A stretch of 32,000 nucleotides of DNA from Candidatus Saccharimonadota bacterium (GCA_030429505.1 JAUIFI010000001.1:510001-542000); one strand, 5' to 3'; counted from the first letter of the stretch, positions 9,501 to 18,905 are shown. Notes: a model not told the origin generated them from the sequence alone. Translations and numbers: made by a program.

Positions 9501-12500
9501 GCTGAATTTAGTACTTTCTTCCCATCACCAATTGGTCCTATCATTGAAAATACCAATGAAGTCTGCCATCCACTAAGCGGGTCTCCAGACGGAGGACCAT
9601 TTCCAAGCTTCGCTAAATCATCAGACCCTGAAGAAGAAGATGAAAATGGAGAACCAATAATGCTTCAAGTCGGACAAGAAATCGAATACACCATCAGACT
9701 TGACAATACCACAGACAACCCCATTGAAGACGTTACCATTACAGACCAACTTCCTGAATTTCTAGAAATTGATGAATCAAGTTTTCTCGAAATAGAATCT
9801 CCTCCAGGAAAACCATTCAGTTGCACCCTTGATCAACCAACTCGCACCATCAATTGTCAGTTTGAAGACGAAAATGAAGTTCTTGATCCAGACGAAGAAG
9901 TCGTCATCATTATTACCGGAACAATCAGCACGAATGCTGATCCAAATGAACAAATTTGTAATGAAGCGGATCTTTTATATGTAGGGGAACTTGTATCTAC
10001 TACCAACGAAGTTTGTCATAATATTTTAGACCCCGAAGTATTTCCGAGTGTCTCAAAAGTTACTGATCCTGAGACAGAAGATAATGAAGGGAACCCCATT
10101 CTCGTGTCAGAAGGTGACACAATCACCTATCAGATTATTATAGATAATACCACCAACGCTCCACTTGAAGATATTATCATCACAGACGCTCTTCAGGACG
10201 GATTAGAATTCGATGGTTTCACTGATAGACCAGAAAACGATAACTGTGAATACAATAACAACACAAACACTATCACTTGTACCTTTCCAGAACCTCTTCC
10301 CAATAACCCTACCGGGAATGATCCTGACAGCCAATTAATCATTGAATTTACCGCAACCGTTACAGCAGATGCCGCGGACCAAGTCTGTAATCAAGCTGAT
10401 GTTGAATTCGATGGCAACAGACTTATTAGATCTAATACTTCATGTCATGAAGTAGACGCCGAAGACACTATCACAGTTACCAAAACAGCCAATCCTTCCG
10501 ATGCCGAAGCTCTTCAACCAGGCGCTCAGGTCATCTACACCATAAACTTTAACAATCCTACCAATCAAGACGTACAAACCATCGAGTTCACCGATGAACT
10601 CCCAGAAGGAATTCTTTTTCAGTCAGTCGAAGCTACTAATCTTGATGCTGACGGAAACGTCATTCCACCAGCTAACCCTCCAGTATGTAGTGAGGATAAT
10701 AATAGCATTACCTGTGATATCGACAGCATCGTAGCAGGAGGTTCCCTCGACATCGTTATCACCGCAGTAGTAGAAGATGATATCTTAGACCGAGAAATAA
10801 ACGAAGTCTGTAACACCGCACGCTTCTTAGCCCTGACTCCACCACTCGATATCACTACTAATCAAGGAAACGAACTTTGTCACAACATCAACGAAGGCGG
10901 AGGGAATGAAAATCTCATCACAAAATCCTCTGAACCAGAGGCAGGAAGTCAAATTTCTGCTGGAAGCGATGTCTTCTTTACCATCACCATTAACAACATC
11001 ACTGATGAAATATTATCAGAACAAGAAGTTGATTCTGTCTTTATTGAAGATATCATCCCTGAAGGTTTCACCTTTGTCTCCGTAGACAACGATACTGAAT
11101 GCGTCGGACTCGATACGGATGATCCTGCTGACGAAGAAATCGACGTTGTTCAATGTACCTTTGACAATCTTATTCCTGGACAAGAAGAGACTATCATCAT
11201 TCACGTTACCGTCGATGAAGACGCCACAGGAGAAATCTGTAACACAGCCCTTATCAGATATGTAAATGGACAAGGTGAAATTGTAGAAGAAACTTCAAAT
11301 GCAGTCTGCCTTGACGGAGGAGGAGGCAATGGAACGGGGGGAAGCGGCAGTGGAAATTCCAGTGGTAGAACGAGTAGTGGAAGTGCTCCGAGTCATCCCA
11401 CCATTGGTACGTGTGTCCAAAACTGGAAAGGAAATCAAGGAGATACCGGTGACAGATGGCAATGTGTAGCTCGATACCCCAAACCACCTACTGCCCTCTA
11501 CGAAGATCCATATTACGACGCTTATGTCAGATGTAGCTCTGGAGGAGGAAGTGATACTGACATTAGTCTCCGCGCTAAGTGCTTAGTCGAATGGGCATAC
11601 TTAAATGGATATGAAATCTGTGGACCCGCACAACCCGGTTACACAAGCGGTACTGAAGGCTGGTTCTCCTTCGAAGACTATCTCTCCGCCAACCCCGGTA
11701 TTATTGTTCCCTACGTCGGAAGTCAAGATGCTGATCAAATATTCCGCAATTCGCAGAGTACTGGTCAAGAAGTCGTAAACTACCAATGTGGCGACTTATC
11801 CGTAAATATACCATGTGATAGTCTAGGGGCACAGAGCTATCCTCCAAGTATCAGTTCTCAATCTGATATTATCAAAACTATCGATAAGGACACTATTGCT
11901 CGAGGAGAAACTGTTACATACGACATCGAAGCCAATCTCAAACTTGATATCCCAAATCCTTCGAATCGAACAAATTTTCAATTCGAAATCCTAGACGGAA
12001 TCATTAAAATTTACGACTATACCGTCCCTAACGCTTCCGGAAACATTTGGTACCGAAAAGGAATCGAAAACAGTACCGTCTGGTCCGGAGGAAGTAACTG
12101 GAATAATCAAAGCTGGAATATTGATGGAGGTTGGAGTGCAGCACTCAAAGCTCCATCTGGAGGAGTAGTTTTCGAACGCCCCCTCACCTCAAGTGAAGAA
12201 AATTTACTCGAAAATGGAGTCCCCCAAAATTTCAACATCTCATACGAAATGGATAGTGAACTCGCTATTGATAGCGATGTAGCACAACTTCAAAACGTCG
12301 CATTCGCTGTCGTCGAAATCGGTTACATCTATAGTTACGATGTCATAGATCCAGTCGACGGTACAATCACAACTATTAGAAGCTCACTCAATGAGTATAC
12401 TTATTCCTTCGGAACTCCTAATGCTGACATATGTACTGCTACAGATATCAAAAGCCTATCTACCAAAGGAGCTCTCTCTACCGTCAATGTAGTAAGACCA

Positions 12501-13298
12501 TTTCTAGAAAGTAAAGGAGGCGGAAACATTGGCTTTGATTTTCAAAACAGTGCGGAGAAGAATTTATTTGGAAGCACAAAAAACATTACCGACACACTAG
12601 GAGACGTAATCGCAGATAAAACACAAACATCCGGTCAAGTATTCCAAACTCAAATTGATAGCCGATTTGATAACGCCAAAAAAGGAAATTTTGACATTAT
12701 CGGAGATTTTACTTCTCGAGACAAAGCACAAAAAGACGCCTTCTTCTTTAACCTTAAAAACAATCTCGATCGCACCCAAGGATACCAACCTCCACCTGCC
12801 AGAAACGCATGGAATTTTGTAAATAGTAATAGTTTTTATACTACCTTTGATAACTCTGGCATTTATTTTCTCGAAAACGGAAACGCTGAGATATCCGGCA
12901 CACTCAATATGGATGGACAAAGTAAAACCTTTATCATTGAAAATGGAGATTTATTGATCAACCAAAACTTTGAAGTCGAAAATGGATTCATTGCCTTCAT
13001 TGTTAGGAATGGAGACCTTATCATCAAAGATAACGTCAACCAAATCCAAGGATTATTTTTGGTAGAAGAAGGAGCTATTAAATCTGAATCTGATACCCCC
13101 ATTTTTGATACACAATTAATAGTATCTGGAGCTCTCATTGGAGACGCCACTGACCTAATCGGCGATAGAAGGTATATCGGTAACCCAAGCTTACTAGAAC
13201 CGAGCATCAAAATCATATCTGATTTGAGACTAATAGAAAAAACCCCACCCGCTCTGGAACAATTTTTAGGAAAAAATTGGCGACAAGAAGTTCGATAA
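6552..13298 (+). CDS. giant secreted surface protein with nine DUF11-type (conserved repeat domain) modules, a Gly/Ser linker, a Cys-rich domain and a beta-helix-like C-terminus (2,248 aa)
   Basis: Track ORF 6516..13298. ATG 6552 gives a classical signal peptide, MKKFLSTLFVFSSILLIQTALA/GKN. Repeats carry the DUF11 signature (…GDTITYTITVxNxG…V.V.D.LP.g..f.sv…) and each is closed by xxCNxA…xxC(H). Stop TAA 13296-13298. No LPXTG and no SLH. Confidence 0.9.
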   Translation: MKKFLSTLFVFSSILLIQTALAGKNDFSHTSLTNSPDCPEGPEVVRQSGDPFFEEDGDCRMAINRTLFPDGLDWNEFNRYIDSSSASSFRANAVPGNRFGSNPNWQDERDFFTAKKEHCADLDCERVFDHTITDIAQDDDIALHIYINNNARINEGYTAKNVSLTLDWNNPKEVKATINAGEIGYDNQGEGLWDRPNPIYDIVSLRFVEDDAQIQLALNQITQPNTHNEAGKTATWNLGDIESKSPGGINQIIVNFDVVAPKLEIIKTSDVDDGATVLVGDTITYTVQVENTGTMDLNDVILSDQIGAGQEYVNNSATNGATYDPDTNTVELLVPSLTIGDTASFSFQVTVTEIPEPANEVCNQAHGFDNNNEDPTITSSSEKICYDVEERPIELDLLEINKRAVTPSAGSIIKAGDTITYEITVTNPNDTDIPNVTLEDFLPDGVDLVNYTPVSCDESLPFIICDINPLRANETFTLRITVKVKDNIEAFFNGDLPDKLCNGSTVWFNEDLFPDASNNFLQSDQVCHPLQIETQAPLVNKTAEDENGQKLEDGDNIKPGDTITYIITVENPNEFQDLQDVTIEDVIPNELSIQSVTPNTNCNINGQTVSCTFATITAGSTVTIRVTTVVRDNAQAGEICNTADYQNNSNTLINPINNTGTNSTSPSSIFQNISRFLGINSFLDQIFNPGNIEDITAPNNNQNFTEDISPITATEGNNIICLEIQEEGEPELEITKTAEDENGATIQEGDEISAGQTISYVLTVENTGAEDERNVIVEDILPNEVEFKSVTPTPECLFDGRQITCTFDVIPAGDTVEIRIITTVQNNAQEGEFCNTSIVTMQGRQAPIDSDENCLRVGEGEEAEITKAANPTEGTEVESGNTITYTIRYENPNEFNVEFVSFTDELPNGLDFENVNTRVIDSNGDEVPKVDNEGNPDLTPYCVGDEGTDIVTCSFRFIPRQGFVEIIITATVNNDAEDEVCNIAEFSTFFPSPIGPIIENTNEVCHPLSGSPDGGPFPSFAKSSDPEEEDENGEPIMLQVGQEIEYTIRLDNTTDNPIEDVTITDQLPEFLEIDESSFLEIESPPGKPFSCTLDQPTRTINCQFEDENEVLDPDEEVVIIITGTISTNADPNEQICNEADLLYVGELVSTTNEVCHNILDPEVFPSVSKVTDPETEDNEGNPILVSEGDTITYQIIIDNTTNAPLEDIIITDALQDGLEFDGFTDRPENDNCEYNNNTNTITCTFPEPLPNNPTGNDPDSQLIIEFTATVTADAADQVCNQADVEFDGNRLIRSNTSCHEVDAEDTITVTKTANPSDAEALQPGAQVIYTINFNNPTNQDVQTIEFTDELPEGILFQSVEATNLDADGNVIPPANPPVCSEDNNSITCDIDSIVAGGSLDIVITAVVEDDILDREINEVCNTARFLALTPPLDITTNQGNELCHNINEGGGNENLITKSSEPEAGSQISAGSDVFFTITINNITDEILSEQEVDSVFIEDIIPEGFTFVSVDNDTECVGLDTDDPADEEIDVVQCTFDNLIPGQEETIIIHVTVDEDATGEICNTALIRYVNGQGEIVEETSNAVCLDGGGGNGTGGSGSGNSSGRTSSGSAPSHPTIGTCVQNWKGNQGDTGDRWQCVARYPKPPTALYEDPYYDAYVRCSSGGGSDTDISLRAKCLVEWAYLNGYEICGPAQPGYTSGTEGWFSFEDYLSANPGIIVPYVGSQDADQIFRNSQSTGQEVVNYQCGDLSVNIPCDSLGAQSYPPSISSQSDIIKTIDKDTIARGETVTYDIEANLKLDIPNPSNRTNFQFEILDGIIKIYDYTVPNASGNIWYRKGIENSTVWSGGSNWNNQSWNIDGGWSAALKAPSGGVVFERPLTSSEENLLENGVPQNFNISYEMDSELAIDSDVAQLQNVAFAVVEIGYIYSYDVIDPVDGTITTIRSSLNEYTYSFGTPNADICTATDIKSLSTKGALSTVNVVRPFLESKGGGNIGFDFQNSAEKNLFGSTKNITDTLGDVIADKTQTSGQVFQTQIDSRFDNAKKGNFDIIGDFTSRDKAQKDAFFFNLKNNLDRTQGYQPPPARNAWNFVNSNSFYTTFDNSGIYFLENGNAEISGTLNMDGQSKTFIIENGDLLINQNFEVENGFIAFIVRNGDLIIKDNVNQIQGLFLVEEGAIKSESDTPIFDTQLIVSGALIGDATDLIGDRRYIGNPSLLEPSIKIISDLRLIEKTPPALEQFLGKNWRQEVR
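7335..11315 (+). repeat. array of nine tandem DUF11-type domain repeats (about 125-145 aa each) inside the 2,248-aa gene
   Basis: Repeat starts at residues (numbered from 6516) 274 LEIIKTSD, 408 LLEINKRA, 548 PLVNKTAEDENG, 743 LEITKTAEDENG, 874 AEITKAANP, 1030 PSFAKSSDPEEEDENG, 1176 PSVSKVTDPETEDNEG, 1317 TITVTKTANP, 1466 LITKSSEP. Divergent at nucleotide level. A degenerate tenth copy occurs at ~11865-12000 (DIIKTIDKDTIARGETVTYDIE). Confidence 0.8.
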
Positions 13299-13300
13299 CA

Positions 13301-16300
13301 ATGAAATTTATAGAACCAGTAATCAATATCCTCAAAACTCATGTCCTATCAAGCTCTCTTTGGTCATGGGTTTTTTGGGGAATTATCGCACTCTTGGTTA
13401 TTTATATCTTTCGATGGATTCCGCGGTATATGTTTAGACGATTTGAATTCTTAGGAGATAGATTTGTCCATCTTCGAGTCAAACTTCCTCGAAAAGACTC
13501 TAAACTCGATACTGAAAAAAGAACAGAAAAAGATTTTCATGAACAAATTGCAAAAGCCGAACAATTTTTCCGCTCTCTCTCTGAAACAAGAGATCTCAAT
13601 CTCTACAATATGATCTTCAAGCGCATGCTATGGAAAAAACCACAAATATCCTTTGAATTACAATTTGAAAATCAAAAACTCTGGTTCACCATCGTATGCG
13701 ACAAATACTATCAACGCATTATCCAAAAACAAGTTACTTCTTTTTATGAATCTGCCGAGATTGAAATTCTAGAACCCAAGGAAAGATTTGAACTCAAACC
13801 CAAAGGTAATCACGTCAATGGATTCTATATGCACACTACAAAAGCTCCATGGTTTCCTGTCCAAACCTATAAAGACATTGAAGACGATCCACTCAACACC
13901 CTCGCAAACTCGTTCTCAAAACTCACCCCTGAAGAAACTGGCGCCATTCAAATGGTCATTCATCCAGCATCTAAAAGATGGCAACGAACAGCCACGGAAG
14001 TTGGAACACAAATGTTTAAAGGAAAAGGGAAGGACTCAAAAGGCGTTAGCATTCCTATCATTGGCCCCATTCTCCGTATACTTTGGTGGCCTATTCGAGT
14101 GTTATTCAAAGGCTATGATCCAGCCACAGACAGTATGGGAACGAATCAACCCGGAGCCTCTGGAGGAGACTCATTCGTCAGAATGCTACAAACCGAAGAA
14201 GAGATAGCCAAATCGATTGGAGATAAAGCCAACAGAGCTGGCTTCGAAACAGTCATTCGCGTGTTCGCCAGCTCACCAAACAGAAGTCGAGTTCAGGAAA
14301 TTTTAGACGGAATTTTTGTCTCATTTAATGTATTTGAAGGGAACGGTACCAATAGATTCGAAAATAGACGAATTATTCCTCTAAACATAATAAATTCTCC
14401 GTGGATTTTTCATAATTACCGTTACCGCTTGCTAGCATTTTTTGAAAAAAAATCCCTCCTCGCCACCAACGAACTCGCCACTATATTCCACTTTCCGGAT
14501 GCCAGATACAACAAAATTCCCACCATTAAATGGATGGACTATAAAGTCCTCCCTCCCCCTATCAATCTTCCCAACGAAGGTATTGTACTTGGAAATTCTG
14601 TCTATCGAGGCATCACCAAGCCAGTACAAATGCTAAGAGAAGATAGAACTCGTCATACCTACATGATCGGAAAGTCTGGAAGTGGTAAATCTGTACTTCT
14701 CTGGAATATGGCCCGCCAAGACGTAGCCAATGGTGAAGGAATTTGCCTTATTGATCCTCATGGAGACCTTGTAGAAGATGTCCTCGCCTGTACTCCAAAA
14801 GACAGAGCAAAAGATGTCATTGTCTTTGATCCAGGAGATAAAGAACGTCCCATGGGTTTGAATCTTCTTGAAACTAAAAACCCAGATGAACGAGATCGAG
14901 CTTCCCTCGATGCCATGGAAATTTTCATTAAACTCTTTGGAAATGAAATATTTGGTCCTCGTATCCAACATTACTTTCGAAACGGATGTCTGACCCTTAT
15001 GGCCGATGAACAAGAAGGAGCCACTCTTATCGATATTCCTCGACTTTTTATCGATGATGACTTTCAACGCTATAAAGTCTCAAAAGTCAAAAATCCCGTC
15101 GTACGAGCTTTCTGGGAAAACGAAATGGCAAATACAGGACAAAGAGAAAAACAAGAAATGATTCCCTACTTCACTTCAAAATTTGGTCCTTTTGTGACTA
15201 ATACCATAATGAGAAATATCATCGGACAAACAAAATCTGCCTTTAATGTCAGAGAAGTTATGGACAGTGGAAAAGTACTTCTCATCAATCTTTCCAAAGG
15301 AAAAATCGGAGACATCAACGCACAACTTCTCGGAATGATCGTCGTATCCAAAATTAATATGGCCGCCATGGGCAGAGCCGATATGCCTCAAGAGAAAAGA
15401 AAAGATTTCTATCTCTATGTCGACGAATTTCAAAATTTTGCTACCGATACATTTGCCTCCATTTTGTCTGAAGCCAGAAAATATCGACTCAATCTCATTA
15501 TGGCTCACCAATATATCGCCCAGCTTACAGAATCTCCCGGTGGTATCTCCATTGGACAAAAAGACAGTAAGATTCGAGACGCAGTATTTGGAAATGTGGG
15601 AACCATGATGAGCTTTAAAGTCGGAGCTGAAGATGGAGAATATCTAGAAAAAGAATACGCTCCAGATCTATCTCAACAAGACATCATCGGCATTGCTAAC
15701 TACAAAGCCTACATCAGACTCAATATACAAAACACCACCTCCCGACCATTCTCTATGGAAACCTTGTACGACCCAAGCCTTAAAAACGAAAAAGTAGCCG
15801 AAGTCGTAAAAAAATACTCTCGGATGAAATACGGACGAAAAAAAGAATTTGTCGATGCCGAAATCGAAGCACGCATGGGAATGAACGTCATTTCCAGTAT
15901 CAAAAAGAATGCTCAAGCAGACCCGACTGTTCACAACGACCTTCTCAAAGAAGACGCAGCACCAAATGACATAGAAGCCATTCAAAAAGCAGGAATTACC
16001 GATATACCAGCTGCTGCAAAAAAAGACGCTCCTCCGGGTAGCATCGCCACCATACAACCACCAGCATCTCCTGCTCCTCAAGAAACAACAAACACTCCTA
16101 TGACACAACCTGGGCGAACTCAACCAACACCACCGGCACCACCTATCGTTCCCCCAACCACCACACAACCATCAAAAATAGAAACATCTACTCTAACTGT
16201 AGAAACATCACCAGCATCCCCTGCTCCCCAAACAGCACAACCTGTTACCACTTCAATAGCGACACCAGAATCCTCTCCCCCACCGACTCAATCACCTGAA

Positions 16301-16411
16301 AATTCGGCAACACAAAACACTACAACAACTCCAAACATAGTAGCTGACGAACCTACTGCTCCCGCACCTTCTGAGCAACCTCTATCAGAATCAAATTCTA
16401 AAACGGAATAA
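13301..16411 (+). CDS. type IV secretion coupling protein-like P-loop ATPase (VirD4/TraG/TraD, TrwB_AAD_bind + TraG-D_C type) with N-terminal TM helix and Pro/Thr-rich tail
   Basis: ATG 13301 lies 2 nt after the upstream TAA. N-terminal TM helix LWSWVFWGIIALLVIYIF. Walker A HTYMIGKSGSGKSVLL (GKSGSGKS = 14669-14692) followed by ICLIDPHGDL. Walker B FYLYVDEFQNF (15407-15439) and ARKYRLNLIMAHQYIAQL. This motif order is typical of T4SS coupling proteins. Stop TAA 16409-16411. Confidence 0.8.
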   Translation: MKFIEPVINILKTHVLSSSLWSWVFWGIIALLVIYIFRWIPRYMFRRFEFLGDRFVHLRVKLPRKDSKLDTEKRTEKDFHEQIAKAEQFFRSLSETRDLNLYNMIFKRMLWKKPQISFELQFENQKLWFTIVCDKYYQRIIQKQVTSFYESAEIEILEPKERFELKPKGNHVNGFYMHTTKAPWFPVQTYKDIEDDPLNTLANSFSKLTPEETGAIQMVIHPASKRWQRTATEVGTQMFKGKGKDSKGVSIPIIGPILRILWWPIRVLFKGYDPATDSMGTNQPGASGGDSFVRMLQTEEEIAKSIGDKANRAGFETVIRVFASSPNRSRVQEILDGIFVSFNVFEGNGTNRFENRRIIPLNIINSPWIFHNYRYRLLAFFEKKSLLATNELATIFHFPDARYNKIPTIKWMDYKVLPPPINLPNEGIVLGNSVYRGITKPVQMLREDRTRHTYMIGKSGSGKSVLLWNMARQDVANGEGICLIDPHGDLVEDVLACTPKDRAKDVIVFDPGDKERPMGLNLLETKNPDERDRASLDAMEIFIKLFGNEIFGPRIQHYFRNGCLTLMADEQEGATLIDIPRLFIDDDFQRYKVSKVKNPVVRAFWENEMANTGQREKQEMIPYFTSKFGPFVTNTIMRNIIGQTKSAFNVREVMDSGKVLLINLSKGKIGDINAQLLGMIVVSKINMAAMGRADMPQEKRKDFYLYVDEFQNFATDTFASILSEARKYRLNLIMAHQYIAQLTESPGGISIGQKDSKIRDAVFGNVGTMMSFKVGAEDGEYLEKEYAPDLSQQDIIGIANYKAYIRLNIQNTTSRPFSMETLYDPSLKNEKVAEVVKKYSRMKYGRKKEFVDAEIEARMGMNVISSIKKNAQADPTVHNDLLKEDAAPNDIEAIQKAGITDIPAAAKKDAPPGSIATIQPPASPAPQETTNTPMTQPGRTQPTPPAPPIVPPTTTQPSKIETSTLTVETSPASPAPQTAQPVTTSIATPESSPPPTQSPENSATQNTTTTPNIVADEPTAPAPSEQPLSESNSKTE
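16027..16408 (+). other. Pro/Thr/Ala/Gln-rich low-complexity C-terminal tail of the coupling-protein-like ATPase
   Basis: …PPGSIATIQPPASPAPQETTNTPMTQPGRTQPTPPAPPIVPPTTTQPS…TSPASPAPQTAQPVTT…. The 21-nt PASPAPQ unit occurs twice (16061-16081 and 16211-16231, 2 mismatches). Confidence 0.8.
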
Positions 16412-16481
16412 ATATATCATAAATTTTTAGTATAAATATTAAAAATAGAAAGTATTTATAAGAAAAAACCGTTTTCAGTTT

Positions 16482-18905
16482 TTAATCGAAAGAAAAAATT
16501 AACTTCAACGCCTGAACCCGAGTCAAAGCTTCATGAGGCGCAAATTTTCCGTTTCCTATACCCTGAATCATCCCTCTCCGGAAAGCCTCGTTAATCCAAG
16601 GTTTTTCCCACCCTCGTGAGTCAGAAAATACAGCCTCATCATCATTATCTTCATGAGGAAAAAATCCGTCACTTGCCAACAAAATCTTCACCGCCTCAGC
16701 ACGAGTCAGTCCATTATCAGGACGAAAGAGACGTATACCATCTTCTTGTACATATCCTCCAACAATACCTTTTTGACGCAACTTCGTTACAGCATTAAAA
16801 AATTCTGAATCACGTCCTGTATCAGCAAAAAAATCATCATTTGTCGTATAAGGAATACTCGCACCAAACAAATGTTTCCAAATCATCTGTGCAAACTCGC
16901 CACGAGAAAGAGGTTCATCTGGTAAAAGGTTACCTTCCTCATCAGGTTCAAGTAATCCTTCTTTTATCCCTTGGACTAAATATTGTTGCCCCCAATGATC
17001 ACGATAATCATCAATAAAAAATACAATATCTTCAATTTGAAATTCCTCAGACGCACCTTTTTTCACAGAAACACAAGGAAACCCACTACAAAAATCAACC
17101 TCTTCTCCTACCGAGAAATATCGCCCCACTCGATCTGAAAAACGAAGCCAAAACTCTCGTTGCGCTTCAGAAAAAGGTGCTATCTCAATCAAAGTATCCT
17201 CACGCATAATTTCACCAAAGTTAAAAGGCTGCCATATTTGAGAAGAGTTTTGATAAAAAGGAATGCCGTTTATCTTTTGAACATCAGCTGAAAAAAAACC
17301 ATGTGAACGCTCTAAATCCATAATAACACGTGCCAAATCATGAGAGTCTTTATTTTCTTCTAAACGAGATCGTAATGTTTGACGATCTGTCCATTCGTCA
17401 AAAAACGATGTCTTTATCCCAAAAATACGCCCCACCGCCAAAATATCATCCACTCTACTATCTGAAAAATTACGCTCTCGAAGTAAATGGGCAATTTGCC
17501 TAGCTCCCCAAACACTCGGCAAAAACTGAGCTACACTTGAAAAAGGCTCAGTAGTAATTTCAGTTCTTCCTATCCAAAAAAGTGAATGCGGTGAAAAAGA
17601 CGATTTAAATTCATCTGGCAACACATCTGACCCCACTTCAAGCTCAGGATCACGAGAGATAGCAGGACGCCAATAATTCCACAAATCTAACCAATCATCC
17701 TTCTCTATCAAAGACAAAGCTTCACGAAAAAGTCGTTGAGAAAAACCTCCTGACAAACGAGATGATAAATCCAACGCAGCAGAAATATTATCCGAAAAAT
17801 ACATAGTAATCATCGGAGCATTTATTTTTTCAGTAGGAATAAAGACGTCATTATCAGTGAACAAAAAAAGTATTCTATTTTTTTCCGGAACAGACCATAG
17901 ATCTTTCACAAAATCAAAAGCTTGCGATAAATTTGTCTTTCCCACAGGCTGAGTTGTGGAAAAAGAGTGGAAAAATTTCTTTCGAAACGAAAACGTATTA
18001 TCCTCAAAGCTATCATTATACTCGTGAATTCCATCATCAAAAAAAACAACTCGAATTTGAACCTCTTCCCCCAAATGTTCAAACAAAAAACGAAGCCATT
18101 CTTCTGTCCTCTTCCAAGCTCCACCCAAAAGTGAACCAGATCGATCAATCAAGAAAAGAACCTCCTTCATTTCTTTCCGCTCTGGAATTTCAAAAAAAGA
18201 AGCTCGATATGTTTTTCCTAAAAAAGGAAATTGCAATGTTGGACTTTCTTTTGAAGACCAGAAAAAAGCTATATTTTGTGAAGGCACAAAATCATCTTCT
18301 TCTACAAACCAGATCAAACGTTTGTCTTGTCGATCTATCAGAGCATCAGTCGAAAAAGGCACCAACCAATGACGAATCATATGAGCGCTTGAAATAGACA
18401 AAGACATTTCAAAATGCTCAGCCGCAATACCATCATCTAAAAAAATTTCTCCCAAAAACCAATCATCCATAAAATCTAAACGCGCCTCATACGAGAGTTT
18501 TGTCTTTAAAGTTTTACCAGGAGTAAAAACAAGCGGTTGGGATTGAAATAATGTTGGAAAACCATATCCTCCCAACCGAAAAAAACGATGGTCTTGATGC
18601 TTTTGAGCTTGGTCAAACAACAACTCCAATCGATCCTGACCTGTCAAAGTGTCAAACAAACGCGCTTGTGAATCAACAAAAAAACGAACATCTTGAGCAT
18701 TTGGTCGTAACGGATACCACAACACTACATCCTGATTTTGATCAGAATTATTTCGAATCGTCTCATGAATCTCAATGAGCAAACGTTCATCCTCTGTCAC
18801 CTCGATGACCACTCTTTGATTGATACGCTCCAAACCATCACCGACAAAAAAAGCTTGCGTCGTCCCACTCAAAAATAACAGTCCCAATAGTAATAATCTT
18901 CTCAT
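16482..18905 (-). CDS. secreted VIT-like / von Willebrand factor A (complete MIDAS) protein with three C-terminal SLH cell-wall-binding domains
   Basis: ATG 18905 gives the signal peptide MRRLLLLGLLFLSGTTQA (the track starts 3 codons earlier at a TTG). MIDAS: LFLIDRSGS (DRSGS = 18132-18146), GKTNL, LFTDND. The N-terminal VVLWYPLRPNAQDVRFFVD region is VIT-like. C-terminal SLH-type repeats LSRGEFAQMIWKHLF, LTRAEAVKILLAS, LTRVQALKLIFSF (~16482-17000). Stop TAA. Confidence 0.8.
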   Translation of the reverse strand: MRRLLLLGLLFLSGTTQAFFVGDGLERINQRVVIEVTEDERLLIEIHETIRNNSDQNQDVVLWYPLRPNAQDVRFFVDSQARLFDTLTGQDRLELLFDQAQKHQDHRFFRLGGYGFPTLFQSQPLVFTPGKTLKTKLSYEARLDFMDDWFLGEIFLDDGIAAEHFEMSLSISSAHMIRHWLVPFSTDALIDRQDKRLIWFVEEDDFVPSQNIAFFWSSKESPTLQFPFLGKTYRASFFEIPERKEMKEVLFLIDRSGSLLGGAWKRTEEWLRFLFEHLGEEVQIRVVFFDDGIHEYNDSFEDNTFSFRKKFFHSFSTTQPVGKTNLSQAFDFVKDLWSVPEKNRILFLFTDNDVFIPTEKINAPMITMYFSDNISAALDLSSRLSGGFSQRLFREALSLIEKDDWLDLWNYWRPAISRDPELEVGSDVLPDEFKSSFSPHSLFWIGRTEITTEPFSSVAQFLPSVWGARQIAHLLRERNFSDSRVDDILAVGRIFGIKTSFFDEWTDRQTLRSRLEENKDSHDLARVIMDLERSHGFFSADVQKINGIPFYQNSSQIWQPFNFGEIMREDTLIEIAPFSEAQREFWLRFSDRVGRYFSVGEEVDFCSGFPCVSVKKGASEEFQIEDIVFFIDDYRDHWGQQYLVQGIKEGLLEPDEEGNLLPDEPLSRGEFAQMIWKHLFGASIPYTTNDDFFADTGRDSEFFNAVTKLRQKGIVGGYVQEDGIRLFRPDNGLTRAEAVKILLASDGFFPHEDNDDEAVFSDSRGWEKPWINEAFRRGMIQGIGNGKFAPHEALTRVQALKLIFSFD

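Noticed and set aside
16431-16460. Inverted repeat TATAAATA-N14-TATTTATA between the convergent genes, as a possible bidirectional terminator.
   Set aside because: The stem is 8 bp and purely A/T with a 14-nt loop, which is too weak to call. No better hairpin is evident in the 70-nt convergent gap.
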